Below, piece after piece: positions 18,101-27,286 of a stretch of 30,502 nucleotides of DNA; within the stretch, counting starts at the first letter, position 1; each line of letters starts with the position of its first letter. Under the pieces are notes generated by a model. It was not told where the DNA came from, did not search any database, and saw nothing but the letters and a program-made list of their open reading frames with translations. The stretch comes from a virus (taxonomy: Duplodnaviria > Caudoviricetes), in IMG/VR virus record IMGVR_UViG_3300009678_000119, positions 1 through 30,502 of that record. One strand, written 5' to 3'. Position numbers and translations under genes: made by a program.

Positions 18101-18984
18101 CTGCAGGCAAGGAGAATTTGAAGTACGCTGGTGGTCGTATAGCTGACATCAACAAGCCACGTCCTGATGAAGTTGAACCGCCGCGCACTGAGGGGTTTAG
18201 AGAGACTAGTGATGCAACACGCCGCGTGCTTGGTCAGATAGGACAAGCTAGTGCTGATGCAACAGTAGCAGCTGGTCGTGGTATTGCTAGCGCAGCTAAT
18301 GCAGCTAGCCCTATCTTGCAGCAGATCATCGCTAAGGCGAAGGAGTATCAACAGAGAGCACAGCAACCGCTGTTTGAACGTACACCTACACCAGCACAAG
18401 CACCAGCACCAGCGCAACAACCTGCTGCAGCACAAGCTGCACCTACACCGCCACCGCCTACACCACCAGCGCCAGCGCAGGCAGCACCGCAACCGCGCGT
18501 GTCACAAGCAGAGCGACCGGGTGGTGATAGGTTGAGTGAGAAAGACTTCGCACCTATTAGCGGAGCGCAGTTGAAAGCAGTTGCACGTGCTATCTACAAC
18601 ATGTTGCCTAGCTTCGGTGGTGGCAGTGGTGGTGCAGCTAAGCCACCTGCTGAGCAACCTATAGTACCGCGTCGTGTGCCAACAGAGAGCGTCATGCCGG
18701 ATATGAGTGGTGGCACTATGCCTATCACTCCGCAGGGTCTGCCTACTAGTGCTGACCACATACCAGTGAAGAAGACAGGTAGGCAGACGACTACTACTGT
18801 TGTGCCTAATTTGAAAGGCGGCGCAGGTAGTGGCGCTAGCAAGATGCCAGCACCGCCGCAGCGTAGCAACGCACCAGCTGGTGGCGCTAGCAGCAACAAG
18901 ATACGCAGCGTCATCATGCCTGATGGCAAGGAGCTGTTCCTTGAACCCGGTGAAGCTGTGCCAGAGGGAGCTAAGCTGCAGTAG
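15151..18984 (+). CDS. Large internal virion protein with lytic-transglycosylase-like and peptidase M15-like domains
   Basis: GFEN...SSARGWFQW (SLT-like) and SGHRTYEEQ...PGQSRH...AIDV...DTVHIQ (M15 Zn ligands); long P/A/Q linkers. Confidence 0.75.
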   Translation: MATPRAGVIPTSIKDETGNIARREAEANDKLAQLFITLMAQRESRREAREFQEYMYNRRSADTDRRIEERYGGGANSDPGKLSRGGWSSTPSVVGGGGGGGSTTSSGGAAPRLPGPYDEPPSSKRFTPDAKKTSSLDTGDINVSSSARNAYAQASPQETVQPRSKTTYYPTNKAGPTLTGLPATPRKPKPQADFVNIHPSVLQAWQQSEDRWGVPRGSLLSTLGFENDGGRHDGKNGNSSARGWFQWTDGLLSEFKLKDSDRDNPIIMGEATAKNMWRNNQQLVKIAGEKYRLGNTSDDILFHTVNHLLGIGDGPLVIKAMKDNVDLPMSKVMMQNVKLKDGRIRDNGTVLAGNLIPSNASVKDFYKIQSERVMPWVNRALIYNDKRQSQGDTVQADTGTPSAGLGDAKAWLKSRAAKGTNIDGLDPHYANAMAALLQKAEQATGERAQINSGHRTYEEQARLRRNYERTGRGLAARPGQSRHEDHTGEGGRAIDVAPGGVLRYLRQNRQLVAQHGGEFLGGWAGRRDTVHIQRMRQPHPDYAQYKSGGGTQVAATPAAPQQPAEPETPAERRDVTQDFKSVPRSPALTFDDGRSRFDFSINKPQVATQQLIKPGVATAAAKPAAPQAPKPDVAQAAPAPVAPQQPAPQQAPQPAPVAPPAPAPPAAMSDQQLIDMIMPRARPDFEAQGAPSVDEGGFEQAYPPPPFEANYPEPAVPPAALTMGGGRDYSGAQSFPDSGMQLQQGAMPVAAGNEYAATPMGAQSVDEAGMRLDPGMMTAATANEYAPSVMAVPGTAEFGGDVLAAAPGNEFEVPNMAAAAGNEFAPPPKLPGANLTMPTQPFDRRERAEGMRAPREPTLPADYISPVNRAKAIFNVGQPTPSQSDIPEIPQQQEGEQVPQQSWWPPPHERYKMQNDVRNALFGKVRDAFTIDPSVHEKTAQAFQSLMPQAGDKPLPTQGAAVDVAKQAPQYASAAWDRLQAAIAAGKENLKYAGGRIADINKPRPDEVEPPRTEGFRETSDATRRVLGQIGQASADATVAAGRGIASAANAASPILQQIIAKAKEYQQRAQQPLFERTPTPAQAPAPAQQPAAAQAAPTPPPPTPPAPAQAAPQPRVSQAERPGGDRLSEKDFAPISGAQLKAVARAIYNMLPSFGGGSGGAAKPPAEQPIVPRRVPTESVMPDMSGGTMPITPQGLPTSADHIPVKKTGRQTTTTVVPNLKGGAGSGASKMPAPPQRSNAPAGGASSNKIRSVIMPDGKELFLEPGEAVPEGAKLQ

Positions 18985-18986
18985 CC

Positions 18987-21900
18987 ATGCCACTCACACG
19001 TGAAGAAGCTATTGAGAAGTACGGCGAGGATGCTCTGATTGAGGAGCAGTCTAGTCGTTCTATCAATCACCTGAAGTCAGCTGCTGTTGGTGCAGCTAGC
19101 ATACCGACTGACTTCATCAACTTCTTCCCCACTGTGTATGATGCAGCTAAGGCTGGCATCAGGTCGTATAGAGATGACACCAAGTTCGTTGAGGAGTTCG
19201 CTAAGGAACAGCAGATACCTGAAGCGAATGAGAACACGCAGGCACACCTTGATCAGATAGCAGCATCATGGCGTCAAGCTGATCCCGGCCTGAGTGATGA
19301 TGACATCAACAAGGGGTTGGATGATTACAAGAAGACGAAGGACTATGAGGACTTCGCACGTCAGCAGTTGAGCGGTACAGCGTGGCTAGCTGCTACTACT
19401 AAAGACGTAGCACGGCGTGCACTAGGCGACGAGCGACCAGAGAGTGAGCGTAGCTGGACAGAAGGTGCAGCTGAAGCTGTCGGTGGTGCACTTATCCCCG
19501 GTCCACAAGGATGGGCCACAGCTGCACGCACTGCTGTGAAAGGCGTGCCAGTTGTAGGTGCTGCTGCTAACAGCTTAGTAGGTAGAGGTGTACTGCGTAC
19601 AGCTGAAGCGCTCACACCGCTTACTATGCCCTACACTGGCACTAACGTAGCGATCAACGCTGCAGCTGGCATCGCACTGGATCAGGCTGGTCGTGGGTTG
19701 CAGGGTAAGCCTACTGCATTCACACCTAATAATGAAGACCCTAATGGTGTTGGTGCACTGTTCGCTACTAGCGCTGGTGTGTTGGGGCTAGCAGCTATAG
19801 TAGGCGCAATCAAAGGTCGCAGTCATCAAGTACTGCAGAAGTCGCACACAGCGAATGAGCTAGCAGGCACGCCGGGATTAGATCAACGTGTAGCAGCACA
19901 GCCTCGCACTGGTGAGGCTATTATTGAAGCAGGCGATCCGCAGCAGACTACACCGCCTGCTTCATTAGAGCAACAAGGCGTTGCGACGCAGGTTGGTCGC
20001 AGTGGTATCAACCAGTATGTCGATGAGAGTAGAGTAGCTGTCAAAGCGATTGATGACATCTACAGCGACCCGAAAGTGACTGAACACTTCGAGGAGTTAG
20101 CTACTACTAACTCAGGCGCTGTGTTGAATGATAGAGCGAACTCCCTCACTGAGACATATACAAGGCCATTGCGTGATGCATTCGCTACGATGCATCCTGA
20201 AGAAGCGAGGGCAGCTAAGGCTGGATTAGTGTCAGCTAACTACGACGCTTATTGGCATCATGTATATGACACGCAAGCTGCTGCCTTGTCTGACTTGCAG
20301 AATGAGCTAGCACGCGCGACTAGTAGGATCAAGCGCAACAACTTAACGAAGAAGATCAATGACATAGTTACCAACTTGCAGCGCTTTGTAGATGACAACG
20401 ACCGCAGCGCGCGTCTGATGCTGCCTGACATACCTATGTCGCAGATACGCAAGATGGCTGTTGCGTTTCACACTGATACGTCACCGAAGATGATGGCAGT
20501 GAAGAAGGCAGCGAAGGAGTGGGCTGATCTTCAACTACGCATGCAGGTAAGCGCTGGCAAGATGACAGCTAAGGCTGCAGCTGAGCTACGCGCTAGGAAC
20601 CCATACTACGTACCCATCATCAATGACCCATTGAAAGGTGCAACGGGTGTCAAGCGCTTGTTCAAGAGCGTAGTGTATGATGTGCGCCAAGCAATGACAT
20701 CGCAGAGCCGTGGCACTGGTGGTCACGTCATGCGTGAGACACCCATTGAGAAGCTGGATACTGAAGTACCACCGCCGTATGATCCTACTAAGTCAGAGAC
20801 ACGTGTCACTGCGCTGCTTGATCCAGAGTCCACGATCAAGATGTACACTGAGCGCAACATTAAAGATGTAGCGCACACGATGATGCGTAATGAGTTCAAT
20901 CGTGCGTACTACGAGAAGTCACCCGGTGTGCTGACTAACTTCGCTAAGGATGGTCACATTAGGAAGTGGTTCCACGAAGGTAGAGAGTGGCACCCTGTTA
21001 GTGCACAAGGTGATGAAGCAGTTAGAGCTGCATTCGACAACCCACGCTTTGTGCCTGAGTGGTCGCAGGGTCGCTTCCGTCTGTGGGAGTATGGTGACGT
21101 AGAGATAGCACGCATGCTGCGTCAAGAGCCTGTCGTCATGAATGGCATGATGAAGGGTATGGCGCACTCTGCACGCATATTCAAGATGACAACTACTGGT
21201 CGCCTCAATCCAGTGTTCGCGCCGTATGGTGCTATCTATGACCTGATGGTTGGCATTGTTACTCGCAATGCTAGCGACGCATTTGGACCGCTCTCTACAT
21301 TAGCTTACCGTGTGCTGCCTGAGAAGTTCGCACGTGCTACTGTAGGTAGGGTGGTTGATCCTAGCGCTATCGTCATGGCACCTGCCCACTCGCTACGTGC
21401 TATAGCTGATATTACTATAGCGCATTCAGCACGGTGGACTGCTAACGTGCTGAAGCGAGAGAGTCCTATCTTTCAAGCGATACATGCAGCTGTGGGTGAT
21501 CGCACTTATCACGCGATGATCAACACAGCAATGAAGGTGGCTACTGCTGTAGATAATAGTGCGACCATGACACTGCTGCGTCATGGTGCTGCACGTGGTA
21601 GCGGCGCTGTTGATAACGTCGCTAGTGTGCGTAATCACTACTCGATGATTAGTGACAGCGTACCACCGATGATTAAGAAGGCGTGGCAGTTCTACACTGA
21701 TGTGCTGGATGCTATCTATCTCGGCCCGAAGAGGATGTTCTATACAGAGAACTATGGATTGCTAGCACAGAAGTTTCCAAAGGGCATACCTGAAGCTGAG
21801 TTGAATGCACTCATTAATAAGACGCGCACGCTGGGTGGCAACATGACGAAGGTCGCTGCTAGCAAGGCGATGCGTGATGTTGAAGCTATCACTCCTTACC

Positions 21901-23183
21901 TGACGCAGACTAAGCTGGGATCGTACTATCTTTATCGCAACATGTTCAGCAAGGAGACTGCGCCTTACGTACTGCCACGCGTTGCGCTGATGATGTACGC
22001 TGCTGGTCAGTCGATGTACTGGCGCACGTACTGGAATGAGGAGAGTGCAGCTGAGCTGTGGAAGTACACGCCAGAGCATCAGCGTTGGCGCTTCATCAGC
22101 GTGCCTACTGTTGAGTTGCTGATGGCATGGGCTAGAGGTGAGAACCCCGGCTATGATCGCAAGCTGTACTACAAGGTAGCACTGCCACCTGACTTCACAC
22201 CTATCATCGCGGGCACTGGTGCGCTGATGCAGATGATGGGCATGATACCTGCTAGTGCTACTCCAAGGCCGATAGCTAGTGATCTGCCTAAGACTATGCT
22301 TGATAGTCATACACCAGCCATGCCACCCGCAATGCAGTCGCTGCTTGCATTGAGCGGTATGAAGCTCGATCCACAGACAGCTGACATACGTGGTGGATCG
22401 CTTATCCGCTCGTTCAACTCTAGCTTCAGGAGTGGACCGCAAGCTGAGAGTAGTACTAATCTAGGTGAGCAGAGCAACGCTATGTCGCTGTTCATGAACG
22501 CGGCGTTCGGTGCGATGGGTAGTCACTTTGCAGTTGCTACTGATGTGCTGATGCATGCTAGTAAGTTCAAGCAGGATGGCAACATAGCACCGAGTGCAGA
22601 CTTCGGTCGTGGTCTACGCCTTGCTACTACGGAGGTGTTGAACCGCATGGCTGTTAGAGCGCCTGATATACCACTGCTGTGGCAGAATAAGGATCGCTAC
22701 TCGGTCACAACGCCAGCGTGGCAGTATGTGAAGCAGCAGGAGCGGCATCTGAACTCACTCAAGGGTGTAGTGAATGAGTCGCTTGGTCCTAGAGCTACAG
22801 AGAAGCAAGCTATAGCTGAGAAGGTGGGAGGCATAGGACCGCAGCGTGTTAAGGAGACTGCGTTGCTGCAGGTAGCGCAGGTTGCAACAGCTTGGCAGAA
22901 CCAGACTGGTCCGCTTGGCAAGCTGCGTAAGGAGTATGATGATCTCGCTGCAGCTAATCGCTCTATCAGCATACAGTACAACCTGCCACAGAGCGAGCGC
23001 ACTAGTCGTGGTAATCAGATCATCAGGATGATGCAGGATAACATGCATCAGCAGCATCTGTCTATTAAGTTCTTGGAGCAGCAGATTGAGGAGAAGTTCG
23101 GCCCTGCACTTGCACCATTCGCGCAGGGCCGAGGTATTAATCTGGAGTCGTTAGATCAGATGATGCACGAGAACCGGGAGTAG
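18987..23183 (+). CDS. Large internal virion (ejection) protein
   Basis: 1398 aa, mainly helical, last gene of the virion operon; no catalytic motif recognised. Confidence 0.65.
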   Translation: MPLTREEAIEKYGEDALIEEQSSRSINHLKSAAVGAASIPTDFINFFPTVYDAAKAGIRSYRDDTKFVEEFAKEQQIPEANENTQAHLDQIAASWRQADPGLSDDDINKGLDDYKKTKDYEDFARQQLSGTAWLAATTKDVARRALGDERPESERSWTEGAAEAVGGALIPGPQGWATAARTAVKGVPVVGAAANSLVGRGVLRTAEALTPLTMPYTGTNVAINAAAGIALDQAGRGLQGKPTAFTPNNEDPNGVGALFATSAGVLGLAAIVGAIKGRSHQVLQKSHTANELAGTPGLDQRVAAQPRTGEAIIEAGDPQQTTPPASLEQQGVATQVGRSGINQYVDESRVAVKAIDDIYSDPKVTEHFEELATTNSGAVLNDRANSLTETYTRPLRDAFATMHPEEARAAKAGLVSANYDAYWHHVYDTQAAALSDLQNELARATSRIKRNNLTKKINDIVTNLQRFVDDNDRSARLMLPDIPMSQIRKMAVAFHTDTSPKMMAVKKAAKEWADLQLRMQVSAGKMTAKAAAELRARNPYYVPIINDPLKGATGVKRLFKSVVYDVRQAMTSQSRGTGGHVMRETPIEKLDTEVPPPYDPTKSETRVTALLDPESTIKMYTERNIKDVAHTMMRNEFNRAYYEKSPGVLTNFAKDGHIRKWFHEGREWHPVSAQGDEAVRAAFDNPRFVPEWSQGRFRLWEYGDVEIARMLRQEPVVMNGMMKGMAHSARIFKMTTTGRLNPVFAPYGAIYDLMVGIVTRNASDAFGPLSTLAYRVLPEKFARATVGRVVDPSAIVMAPAHSLRAIADITIAHSARWTANVLKRESPIFQAIHAAVGDRTYHAMINTAMKVATAVDNSATMTLLRHGAARGSGAVDNVASVRNHYSMISDSVPPMIKKAWQFYTDVLDAIYLGPKRMFYTENYGLLAQKFPKGIPEAELNALINKTRTLGGNMTKVAASKAMRDVEAITPYLTQTKLGSYYLYRNMFSKETAPYVLPRVALMMYAAGQSMYWRTYWNEESAAELWKYTPEHQRWRFISVPTVELLMAWARGENPGYDRKLYYKVALPPDFTPIIAGTGALMQMMGMIPASATPRPIASDLPKTMLDSHTPAMPPAMQSLLALSGMKLDPQTADIRGGSLIRSFNSSFRSGPQAESSTNLGEQSNAMSLFMNAAFGAMGSHFAVATDVLMHASKFKQDGNIAPSADFGRGLRLATTEVLNRMAVRAPDIPLLWQNKDRYSVTTPAWQYVKQQERHLNSLKGVVNESLGPRATEKQAIAEKVGGIGPQRVKETALLQVAQVATAWQNQTGPLGKLRKEYDDLAAANRSISIQYNLPQSERTSRGNQIIRMMQDNMHQQHLSIKFLEQQIEEKFGPALAPFAQGRGINLESLDQMMHENRE

Positions 23184-23319
23184 GTTCAGCTGTACTCAGT
23201 ATAGCTGGTTCGTAGTCGTGCCTGCATTGCTTGTACCAACCACGCTTCTTGTACACTACTGCCATGTCGTGTGCTGTCTCTGTCCAGCCACACACTTCGC
23301 AAGGTATGCCATTAGCCAC
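23137..23319 (-). CDS. Small Cys/His protein (possible Zn finger)
   Basis: GGAGG SD then GTG at 23319, overlapping the pol stop; CEVCGWTETAH...CRH; 60 aa. Confidence 0.5.
   Translation of the reverse strand: MANGIPCEVCGWTETAHDMAVVYKKRGWYKQCRHDYEPAILSTAEPTPGSRASSDLTTPD
23187..23207. repeat. Dispersed palindrome copy 4 (CAGCTGTACTCAGTATAGCTG)
   Basis: Extended palindrome right after the stop at 23183, where the two gene blocks converge. Confidence 0.9.
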
Positions 23320-25849
23320 TGAACACCTCCTGTCGTTTGAGCTTTTTGATCGTACTCCACCTATGCACTCCTGCTGCGTCAGGCACGGAGATGCCACACT
23401 CTGCTGGTATCACTAGCTCTCTGCCTTCAATGATGATCGGTGTCTCTGCGTGCTTGACTAGTACGCGCAGTGCCTGCTTCGCTACTGACTTATGTGCTAT
23501 GCCTATCAGCCCATCGTGCGTGTTGAGTGCGATGCGTGCCTTGTACTTGGGCCATGTTGGATCGTCGTGTGCCTTGTAGATGACGCGACATACGTGATCA
23601 CCGACTGTTGACTGTGGGTAGAAGGCCACTATCGCTTCGGTACTCTCCTCAGTGATAGGAATTAATTGAACATACTGCCTACCGTAAGCGTTATATATGA
23701 CACGCTTCGTCTTCACCCGTTCAAGATCGGCTTGCCATCCGAGCTTTAGTTCGGGCGTTAGCTTATGATACTTGACAAACGCTTCGCTTGCAGTGCTTAG
23801 TGGCAAGCCGGTAGTGAGTGATAGACGGTCAGGCATCATACGGTAGTTAAGACCATGACGACACCTCTTCGCGATGTAACGAATGGTGGGCTTGCCCGCC
23901 TGCTCGACATTGAATGCAATGCCATCACGGCGCGCGGCGACTTCATCCAAGGGATAGCGGTCGAACGTGGGTACTTGGTCGTAAGGTACATCGAACATGT
24001 CTGCGGCGAGAGCGCGGTGACAGTCGTAGCTGCCGTCGCGCCTAGCACGTTCGAACTGCTCGATCCACGTGGCGATGTTGTAGCGCCAGCCGACAACTCT
24101 AGCTTCGGCCTGACTACCGTCGATGTAGATGAAGCAGCAGTCAGGGTCAGCAATGAACATCTCCTTCGCCCGGTCGGGAATGTTCTGCAGATTAGCGCCG
24201 CTGCCCCACAGCGTTTGCGCGCTAGACAAGCGGCCCGGCGCTGACTGTACACCTGTTTGACGATAGTCACAGCGCATGCGACAATCGTAGTCTGGGCGCG
24301 CTGATGCATAGACGCTGAAGAACTTTGCATCCTCGATGTAAGCGTCAACAGTGTCTAGGACTTTGCGTGCTGCAGCGGTGGTGCGTGGGTGCTTTCTCAT
24401 CAATGCGCGGTTGGTGTAGTCAGTACTCACGCCCCTGCCTACTAGCTTCAGCCGTGTGAAGTACAAGTCAGCCATCTGCTTAGGTGACTGTGGGTTGGGG
24501 AAGTAGTCTAGCATCTGCGTTGCTTCATGCACAGCTGTGTGGAACTCGGCGAGCTTGCGCTTCACATCATCGTAGAGATTGCCGGTGATGTTCTCATTGA
24601 GCATGTTCTCACGTAGCTCCATGTCATTGAGTATGCCACCTACTGTCATCCACACTAGGTGTGCTTGTAGTCGCATGACATGGTTGAAGTAGAAGGCGTC
24701 TAGCTTCTGCTCACGTAGCTCGTCAATGATGCTAGCGTTCGCTGCAAGTGTGAGCGCACAGTCCTTGCCGTTATATATCCAGAAGTTGTCAACACCACCC
24801 GTATGTCGCCAGTCATCCTTCTCGTTCTTGTAGTACGGATGCATGGTGTATTGTTTGACAATGAAGCCCAAGTCATGGGGCATGGTGGGATATAGAACAT
24901 GATGACCAAGCATGGTGTCGCTGTACGCTTGCTTGCAGCGTATGCGATCTTTAAACCAGAGCCAAGCCATGTCGAAACCGCCGTTCTGCCACACCATGCG
25001 CGTAGTAGGCGCAGCGTATAGGCGTTGTAGCTGACGGCGTATGTCTGTTTCCTCCTGTACTGAGTATAGATTGTCCTCCTCGTTGCGTAGTGCGATGCAC
25101 ATCGCCTCTGTTGGTGATGCAGCAAGGCCAATGCAAGCTGTCTCGTTAGCAATGACTTCGATGTCACTGGCGACAGGATCACGTGAGGCTTGACAATGAC
25201 GAATATAGTCGATGGCTTGCCGATGCGTAGGGTTGATGATGGTGCTGACATTGTACGGTTCATAACGTCCTTCTACAACGGGGCGGAGTTTGTCTGCCAT
25301 GTCCATGTCGAATACGATATGCGCCATAGGATCACGCGCACAGAATGCAGGGTTGAATGTGCACACTGCCACTACGTCACGGTTACCCACCGTTGCTGGC
25401 AGCACACTGCCCCGCCAGTTGGTGATACCCTTGCGACCAAGCACTGCTTCTACTGCGTAGTTGCCGAGTAGTAGTACGTACTTGAGATTAGGCAAGTGAC
25501 CTAGCTCCCACTGTAGTAGTTGCTGCCAAGCTGCTAGCTCCTGCTTGCCTACTGGCTTCTGATTGGCGCTGTCACCTACGCCGAAGCTGACTTGACGCTT
25601 GACTACGTTGGTGGTGTAGCAGTCGGCGCGCTTGATGCTAGGGCAATAGGTGCGGATGGACTTCCACAGTATGTTGCCAGCACCGCCGACGAGCGGAGCG
25701 CCTTGTGCTACTTCATTACGTCCGGGTGCTTCAGCTATGATAGCGATGCTGCTAGCTAGCGTACCACCCATCATGCACTCAGCTACTAGTCCTGCTTGCT
25801 GCGCTTGTTCAGCAAAGCGGTCGCGGAGTTCTGCTATTGTAGTTGTCAT
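23312..25849 (-). CDS. polA: Family A DNA polymerase with N-terminal UDG-like domain and 3'-5' exonuclease
   Basis: Exo I/II/III (SDIE, NGGFD, YNGKD); GRLSS...NLQNIP; motif A DGSQAEAR, motif B RYIAKRCRHGLNY, motif C THDG; N-terminal AEAPGRNE...GAPLVGGAG. Confidence 0.93.
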   Translation of the reverse strand: MTTTIAELRDRFAEQAQQAGLVAECMMGGTLASSIAIIAEAPGRNEVAQGAPLVGGAGNILWKSIRTYCPSIKRADCYTTNVVKRQVSFGVGDSANQKPVGKQELAAWQQLLQWELGHLPNLKYVLLLGNYAVEAVLGRKGITNWRGSVLPATVGNRDVVAVCTFNPAFCARDPMAHIVFDMDMADKLRPVVEGRYEPYNVSTIINPTHRQAIDYIRHCQASRDPVASDIEVIANETACIGLAASPTEAMCIALRNEEDNLYSVQEETDIRRQLQRLYAAPTTRMVWQNGGFDMAWLWFKDRIRCKQAYSDTMLGHHVLYPTMPHDLGFIVKQYTMHPYYKNEKDDWRHTGGVDNFWIYNGKDCALTLAANASIIDELREQKLDAFYFNHVMRLQAHLVWMTVGGILNDMELRENMLNENITGNLYDDVKRKLAEFHTAVHEATQMLDYFPNPQSPKQMADLYFTRLKLVGRGVSTDYTNRALMRKHPRTTAAARKVLDTVDAYIEDAKFFSVYASARPDYDCRMRCDYRQTGVQSAPGRLSSAQTLWGSGANLQNIPDRAKEMFIADPDCCFIYIDGSQAEARVVGWRYNIATWIEQFERARRDGSYDCHRALAADMFDVPYDQVPTFDRYPLDEVAARRDGIAFNVEQAGKPTIRYIAKRCRHGLNYRMMPDRLSLTTGLPLSTASEAFVKYHKLTPELKLGWQADLERVKTKRVIYNAYGRQYVQLIPITEESTEAIVAFYPQSTVGDHVCRVIYKAHDDPTWPKYKARIALNTHDGLIGIAHKSVAKQALRVLVKHAETPIIIEGRELVIPAECGISVPDAAGVHRWSTIKKLKRQEVFSG
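25056..25068. repeat. Dispersed palindrome copy 5 (TGTACTGAGTATA)
   Basis: One mismatch to the core; inside pol. Confidence 0.75.
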
Positions 25850-27189
25850 GACTTCTTCCTCTTCCAGCCCATTGACTTCAGCGATGTAGCAAAGGCTCGT
25901 TGATCGCAGAGTATTGTGGCATGCTTAGCAGCACGTGTGATACCAGTGTAAAAGTTTGGTCGTGATAGGTTGAAGAAGGCGCATGATGCCATGATGTAGG
26001 CAATGCTATCATACTGCGATCCTTGACACTTGTGGGTGGTGAGAGCATAGGCCAAGTCGATGACCTTACGAGGATCGTAGGTGAAGTGGTACTGTCTACG
26101 TGTGTTGTACTCATGTATCTTAGAGGGCAACTCAACAACGCGATCACCAAAGTCAATCTCAAGCACACCATAGTCGTCTATGTTGACAACCTTGCCAACC
26201 TCCCCGTTGAGCATCTGCTTTGTCTCTGGGCATGGTATGAATGCGCCGATGAAGCCTACTCCTTCTGAGTTATACTCAGTATAGCGCTCTTGGTAGTCGC
26301 GGAGATCGTAGCTGTTAGTGTTGCATACTACTTTGTCTCCGATAGAAACGAAGACGCGGTTCTTCTGCTCCCACTTGTTGCGTGGTAGCTCCACTTTATG
26401 AGGCATATCTGGGTTGAACTTGGCTTGTAGTATGGAGTTGAGGCGTATGGTGCCTATGTCGCTCTTCCTAGCTGGTGATATGAGTTGGTTCTCAAGCAGC
26501 TTCCAGTCTGTTTCTGACTTGAGCAAGAAGGCGTAGAGGTTGTGTAGTACTGCGTCATCTAGGCGTACAGCTACATCACTATTGCTGCTGAAGAACTGAC
26601 CGCGGTTGATGCGACGTGCTACTTCAATGATGCCGTTGCCTTCTTCCTGCCTGTAGATGTTCTCTAGTGTGACAGTGTTAGGCATGGCGAGACATCGCAT
26701 GAACGGCGATGTCGGATCGGCGAGGTCGTTGTTCTCTATGGGTGGGAGTTGGCGCACGTCGCCAAACACGCGCAGTGCTGTGTTACGTCCTACTGCTGCT
26801 ACTAGATCGCGGTGTAGTGCAGTTGACACCATTGCGTACTCGTCAACGATGACGACGCGTTGTAGTAGTGGGTTGCTAGCTGTGTGCATTGGCTTGCTAA
26901 CTGATGTAGCTTCGCCAGTGTCTTCGTCCATGTCAGGACGGTTGAAGCCGAGTAGCTTGTGCACTGTCTGTGCTGGGTAGCCAGTGGCTTCTCTTATCCT
27001 ACGCGCAGCCTTGCCAGTAGGAGCAGCTAGTGCGAAGGTGACGCCTGCTGCTATTAGTTGCTCGCATGTCTGCTTGATGATCGTCGTCTTACCTGTGCCT
27101 GCTTCACCTGTCACACTGACTAACCGCTTTGTCTGATCAGTGCATAGTGAGACAGCACGCTGCTGCTCAACGTCTAGCGTCATATCCAT
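25846..27189 (-). CDS. RecD/Dda-like SF1B helicase
   Basis: GEAGTGKT, APTGKAA, DEYAM, GDVRQLPP, YRQ, YALTTHKCQGSQY, YTGITRA. ATG at 27189 preceded by GGAG is preferred over 27255. Confidence 0.92.
   Translation of the reverse strand: MDMTLDVEQQRAVSLCTDQTKRLVSVTGEAGTGKTTIIKQTCEQLIAAGVTFALAAPTGKAARRIREATGYPAQTVHKLLGFNRPDMDEDTGEATSVSKPMHTASNPLLQRVVIVDEYAMVSTALHRDLVAAVGRNTALRVFGDVRQLPPIENNDLADPTSPFMRCLAMPNTVTLENIYRQEEGNGIIEVARRINRGQFFSSNSDVAVRLDDAVLHNLYAFLLKSETDWKLLENQLISPARKSDIGTIRLNSILQAKFNPDMPHKVELPRNKWEQKNRVFVSIGDKVVCNTNSYDLRDYQERYTEYNSEGVGFIGAFIPCPETKQMLNGEVGKVVNIDDYGVLEIDFGDRVVELPSKIHEYNTRRQYHFTYDPRKVIDLAYALTTHKCQGSQYDSIAYIMASCAFFNLSRPNFYTGITRAAKHATILCDQRAFATSLKSMGWKRKKS
26271..26283. repeat. 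Dispersed palindrome copy 6 (TATACTCAGTATA)
   Basis: Perfect core inside the helicase gene. Confidence 0.8.
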
Positions 27190-27240
27190 GTGTATGTTCT
27201 CCAACGCATTGTAGCATGTAGCTACATGTTTCGCGCTAAT

Positions 27241-27286
27241 GCAGACGCCGTGCACATAAGGGGGAGGTGAATGTGCACGGCGCTGC
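27241..27286 (-). other. Intergenic hairpin with anti-SD-like loop
   Basis: CGCCGTGCACAT/ATGTGCACGGCG stem; the minus-strand loop reads TCACCTCCCCCTT. Confidence 0.6.

Noticed and set aside
23190-23204. LexA SOS box (CTGT...)
   Set aside because: CTGTACTCAGTATAG is 15 bp with an odd centre, not CTGT-N8-ACAG, and most copies lack CTGT.
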